A stretch of 64,000 nucleotides of DNA from Candidatus Sericytochromatia bacterium (GTDB lineage Bacteria; Cyanobacteriota; Sericytochromatia; S15B-MN24; VGJW01), in the NCBI GenBank assembly GCA_035285865.1, contig JAYKHS010000011.1, forward strand, positions 96,001 to 160,000, in the 5' to 3' direction. Shown one piece after another: positions 62,021-64,000 of the stretch; positions within the stretch are counted from its first letter, which is position 1; each line of letters opens with the position of its first letter. The translations under genes were made by a program, and so were the position numbers. The notes beneath the pieces are model-generated. The model was not told where the DNA came from. It searched no databases and saw only the letters and a program-made list of their open reading frames with translations.

Positions 62021-62626
62021 TTGAATGAACAGGCCGTGGCGGATGCCTTCCGGGCGGGGCTTGGCATCCCGCTGGCCATGGCCTGGTCAGCGGATGCCGC
62101 ACAAGGCCCCGAATGGAAGGGTAATCCGAATGCCCACGCCAGACGCATCTCCGCGTGGAGACGCGGCCGCAAGGCCCTCGGTGAGGTCATGGGGCAACTG
62201 GGTCGCAAGGAGGACCCGACGCGCTGGGCAGCACCGGGGCCCGGTCTGTCTCTCGCGCACACCGAGGACTGGGCGGTCGCCGTCGGGCGATTGGACGGCG
62301 GTCTCGTAGGCATTGATCTGGAGAATGTGGACCGTGAGGTCTCGCTCGGAGCCCTGCTGCGCCTCGGCATCGGCCCGGAGGTTTCGGGTGCTGAAGTGGT
62401 GGTGGCGCGCCTGGTGCTCTGGACGGCACTCGAAGCCGTGCACAAGGCCAGATGCGTCGAGGGTGGCCTTATTCCCGGGCAGATCAGGCTGTTGCCCGAG
62501 GGGCCCGGGCACGGACGCGCCGAGGCTGACGGAAAGGACTACAGGTGGCTGGCGCTGCAGACCGAACGAGGCTTGGTCACAATCGCTGCCCCGATGGCTG
62601 ATTCCGTGGAACGGCCCGCCACATGA
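62021..62626 (+). CDS. 4'-phosphopantetheinyl transferase superfamily protein (start uncertain)
   Basis: SLAHTEDWAVAV, VGIDLE, WTALEAVHKA. Confidence 0.75.
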   Translation: MNEQAVADAFRAGLGIPLAMAWSADAAQGPEWKGNPNAHARRISAWRRGRKALGEVMGQLGRKEDPTRWAAPGPGLSLAHTEDWAVAVGRLDGGLVGIDLENVDREVSLGALLRLGIGPEVSGAEVVVARLVLWTALEAVHKARCVEGGLIPGQIRLLPEGPGHGRAEADGKDYRWLALQTERGLVTIAAPMADSVERPAT

Positions 62627-63083
62627 CTACGTGGGGAAGTCCGACCAGCGTGAATGAGGCGCCGTGGGCCGTCCAACCTTCCCGCAGATAGAACTCCAGA
62701 GCGGCCATCCGGGCGTTGCACCAGACCATGCTGATACCTGCCTCAGCCAGTCGGGCATCCAACTCCCCGAGCAGCATTCGGCCAATGCCACGGGAACGCC
62801 AGTCGGGGGCAACGGCCATGCCGCGCAACTGACACGGCGCACCGGGCAACTCGGGATGCGAATTGGGCACGACCGTACAGCAGCCGACCAGATTTCCTCC
62901 GTACCGGGCAACGAGGTGCAGGGCGCGCGGGTCGTCGTCCTCGCGGTAGACGCTGTCCTGCTCCGGGCGCCCGGGCCGCAGGACGGCATGGCGAAGGGGC
63001 CTTATCGTCGCAGCGTCCGTGCGCACGACCTCCACCCGATCCCGCAGGCTGAATTCCTGCTCGACTCCGGATTCGTTCGCCAT
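62577..63083 (-). CDS. GNAT family N-acetyltransferase
   Basis: LRHAVLRPG, QLRGMAVAPDWRSRGIG, WCNAR...FY. Confidence 0.9.
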   Translation of the reverse strand: MANESGVEQEFSLRDRVEVVRTDAATIRPLRHAVLRPGRPEQDSVYREDDDPRALHLVARYGGNLVGCCTVVPNSHPELPGAPCQLRGMAVAPDWRSRGIGRMLLGELDARLAEAGISMVWCNARMAALEFYLREGWTAHGASFTLVGLPHVVMWRAVPRNQPSGQRL

Positions 63084-63089
63084 GCGGAG

Positions 63090-63980
63090 TCAACCGAAGG
63101 ACGGAACCGAGGGCGTCGGCTCCACGGGGATATCCGGAGCAGGGGGCAATTCGGGAACTCCTGAAGGAGCAACGGACGGCAGTTGTCCCGGTGATGCCGA
63201 TGGTGAGGGAACGGTTTGTGGAGGACTCGCCACTCCGCCTTGCATCGGCACCGGCAGGAGGGCATCGAAGGCCGCCCTGAGCGCCTCCTGCTCCGAGCGG
63301 ATCCGCTCCAGCTCCTCCGTGACGTCCGCAAAAGTTCTCAAGGCATCCAGGGCCAAGGCATCCGCCTCGTCTTCGAGGTCCAGCGTCAGGCGGCGAAAAG
63401 CCTCCGCCGAAGCGTCATCGAGCACCTGCCCCTGGCCGAAGGTCTTCCGGAACCCGGCCGTTGCAAGGGTGGTCTCGAAGTTGACGGGCTGGTTCTCTCG
63501 ATCGAAAACCAGACTTTCAAGGACAAGCAGACGCTCGCCGACCGTCACGACGGTGCGCAATGCGACCGGCTTGGAACCTGGGGCCACGACCGTGAAAAAG
63601 CCACGAGCATCCGTGGTCTTAACGAGCGTCCGTCCATCCTGAAGCGTCACCTCCACTTCGGCTCCGGCCACCGGCAGGTCCGCCTCCTCGACTGCCTGCG
63701 CGAGCAGACGACGACCACTGCCTCGTTGCTGCAGGCTGCCCGAGCCATTGGCCACCAGGGAACCTTCGGCGTTGACGAGAATCCCTGCTCCGGACTGCTC
63801 CCGAACCCTTCTCTGGACCAGAACGCGCCCCGTCCACGCATCCACGGACACGGGCACAGGAGTGGGCGCGGAGAACGCTGCGGAATCCTGCAGAAGCACG
63901 ACCGCGCCGCTCGGCGCGCCATCCGTCCGGACGCACCCGCAGACCAGAAGCAGAAGGCACATCACCGAACAGAATCGCAC
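63090..63980 (-). CDS. Hypothetical lipoprotein with short Gly/Asn repeat and Pro-rich tail
   Basis: Lipobox-like VCGC; ILVNAEGSLVANGSGSL; PVAGAEV...TTDARGFF. Confidence 0.7.
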   Translation of the reverse strand: MRFCSVMCLLLLVCGCVRTDGAPSGAVVLLQDSAAFSAPTPVPVSVDAWTGRVLVQRRVREQSGAGILVNAEGSLVANGSGSLQQRGSGRRLLAQAVEEADLPVAGAEVEVTLQDGRTLVKTTDARGFFTVVAPGSKPVALRTVVTVGERLLVLESLVFDRENQPVNFETTLATAGFRKTFGQGQVLDDASAEAFRRLTLDLEDEADALALDALRTFADVTEELERIRSEQEALRAAFDALLPVPMQGGVASPPQTVPSPSASPGQLPSVAPSGVPELPPAPDIPVEPTPSVPSFG

Positions 63981-64000
63981 GACGCTTACCCCCTGCCGCA

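Noticed and set aside
60919..63083. Desaturase + PPTase + GNAT as a biosynthetic gene cluster
   Set aside because: No carrier protein, PKS or NRPS in the window, and the genes have mixed orientations.

Overview
High-GC bacterial chromosomal segment with about 45 protein-coding genes, from a diderm aerobe (TolC, many lipoproteins, aconitase, 2-oxoglutarate dehydrogenase). No rRNA, tRNA, CRISPR array or intact mobile element was recognised. Housekeeping blocks: TrkA plus APC-type transporter, selD, a YnbB-like PLP enzyme, NUDIX, OPT, TreS-like GH13, acnA, sucA-sucB-lpdA, an RND pump and a polar amino-acid ABC transporter. Main findings: (1) A 115-aa upstream ORF missed as a gene by the ORF track (60575-60922, minus). 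It has a signal peptide, CxxxC and a C-terminal PPPR, and is followed by hairpins that bury the SD and AUG of a YncE-like propeller-SCO-PCuAC copper operon. This resembles a CutF/CruR-type ribosome-stalling copper sensor, here translationally coupled to a fatty acid desaturase. (2) selD is a selenoprotein gene with an in-frame UGA and a SECIS-like hairpin. (3) A 28-bp dif-like XerC/D site at 30154-30181 adjoins a frameshifted McrA-like HNH nuclease remnant. (4) A 19-kb accessory block encodes a Ser/Thr kinase-STAND ATPase-TPR-GAF-GAF-GGDEF protein, five beta-propeller-type lipoproteins (one with an (LIANGAAG)x6 repeat) and a TPR plus degenerate histidine kinase pair. All calls come from motif recognition by eye; no searches were run.
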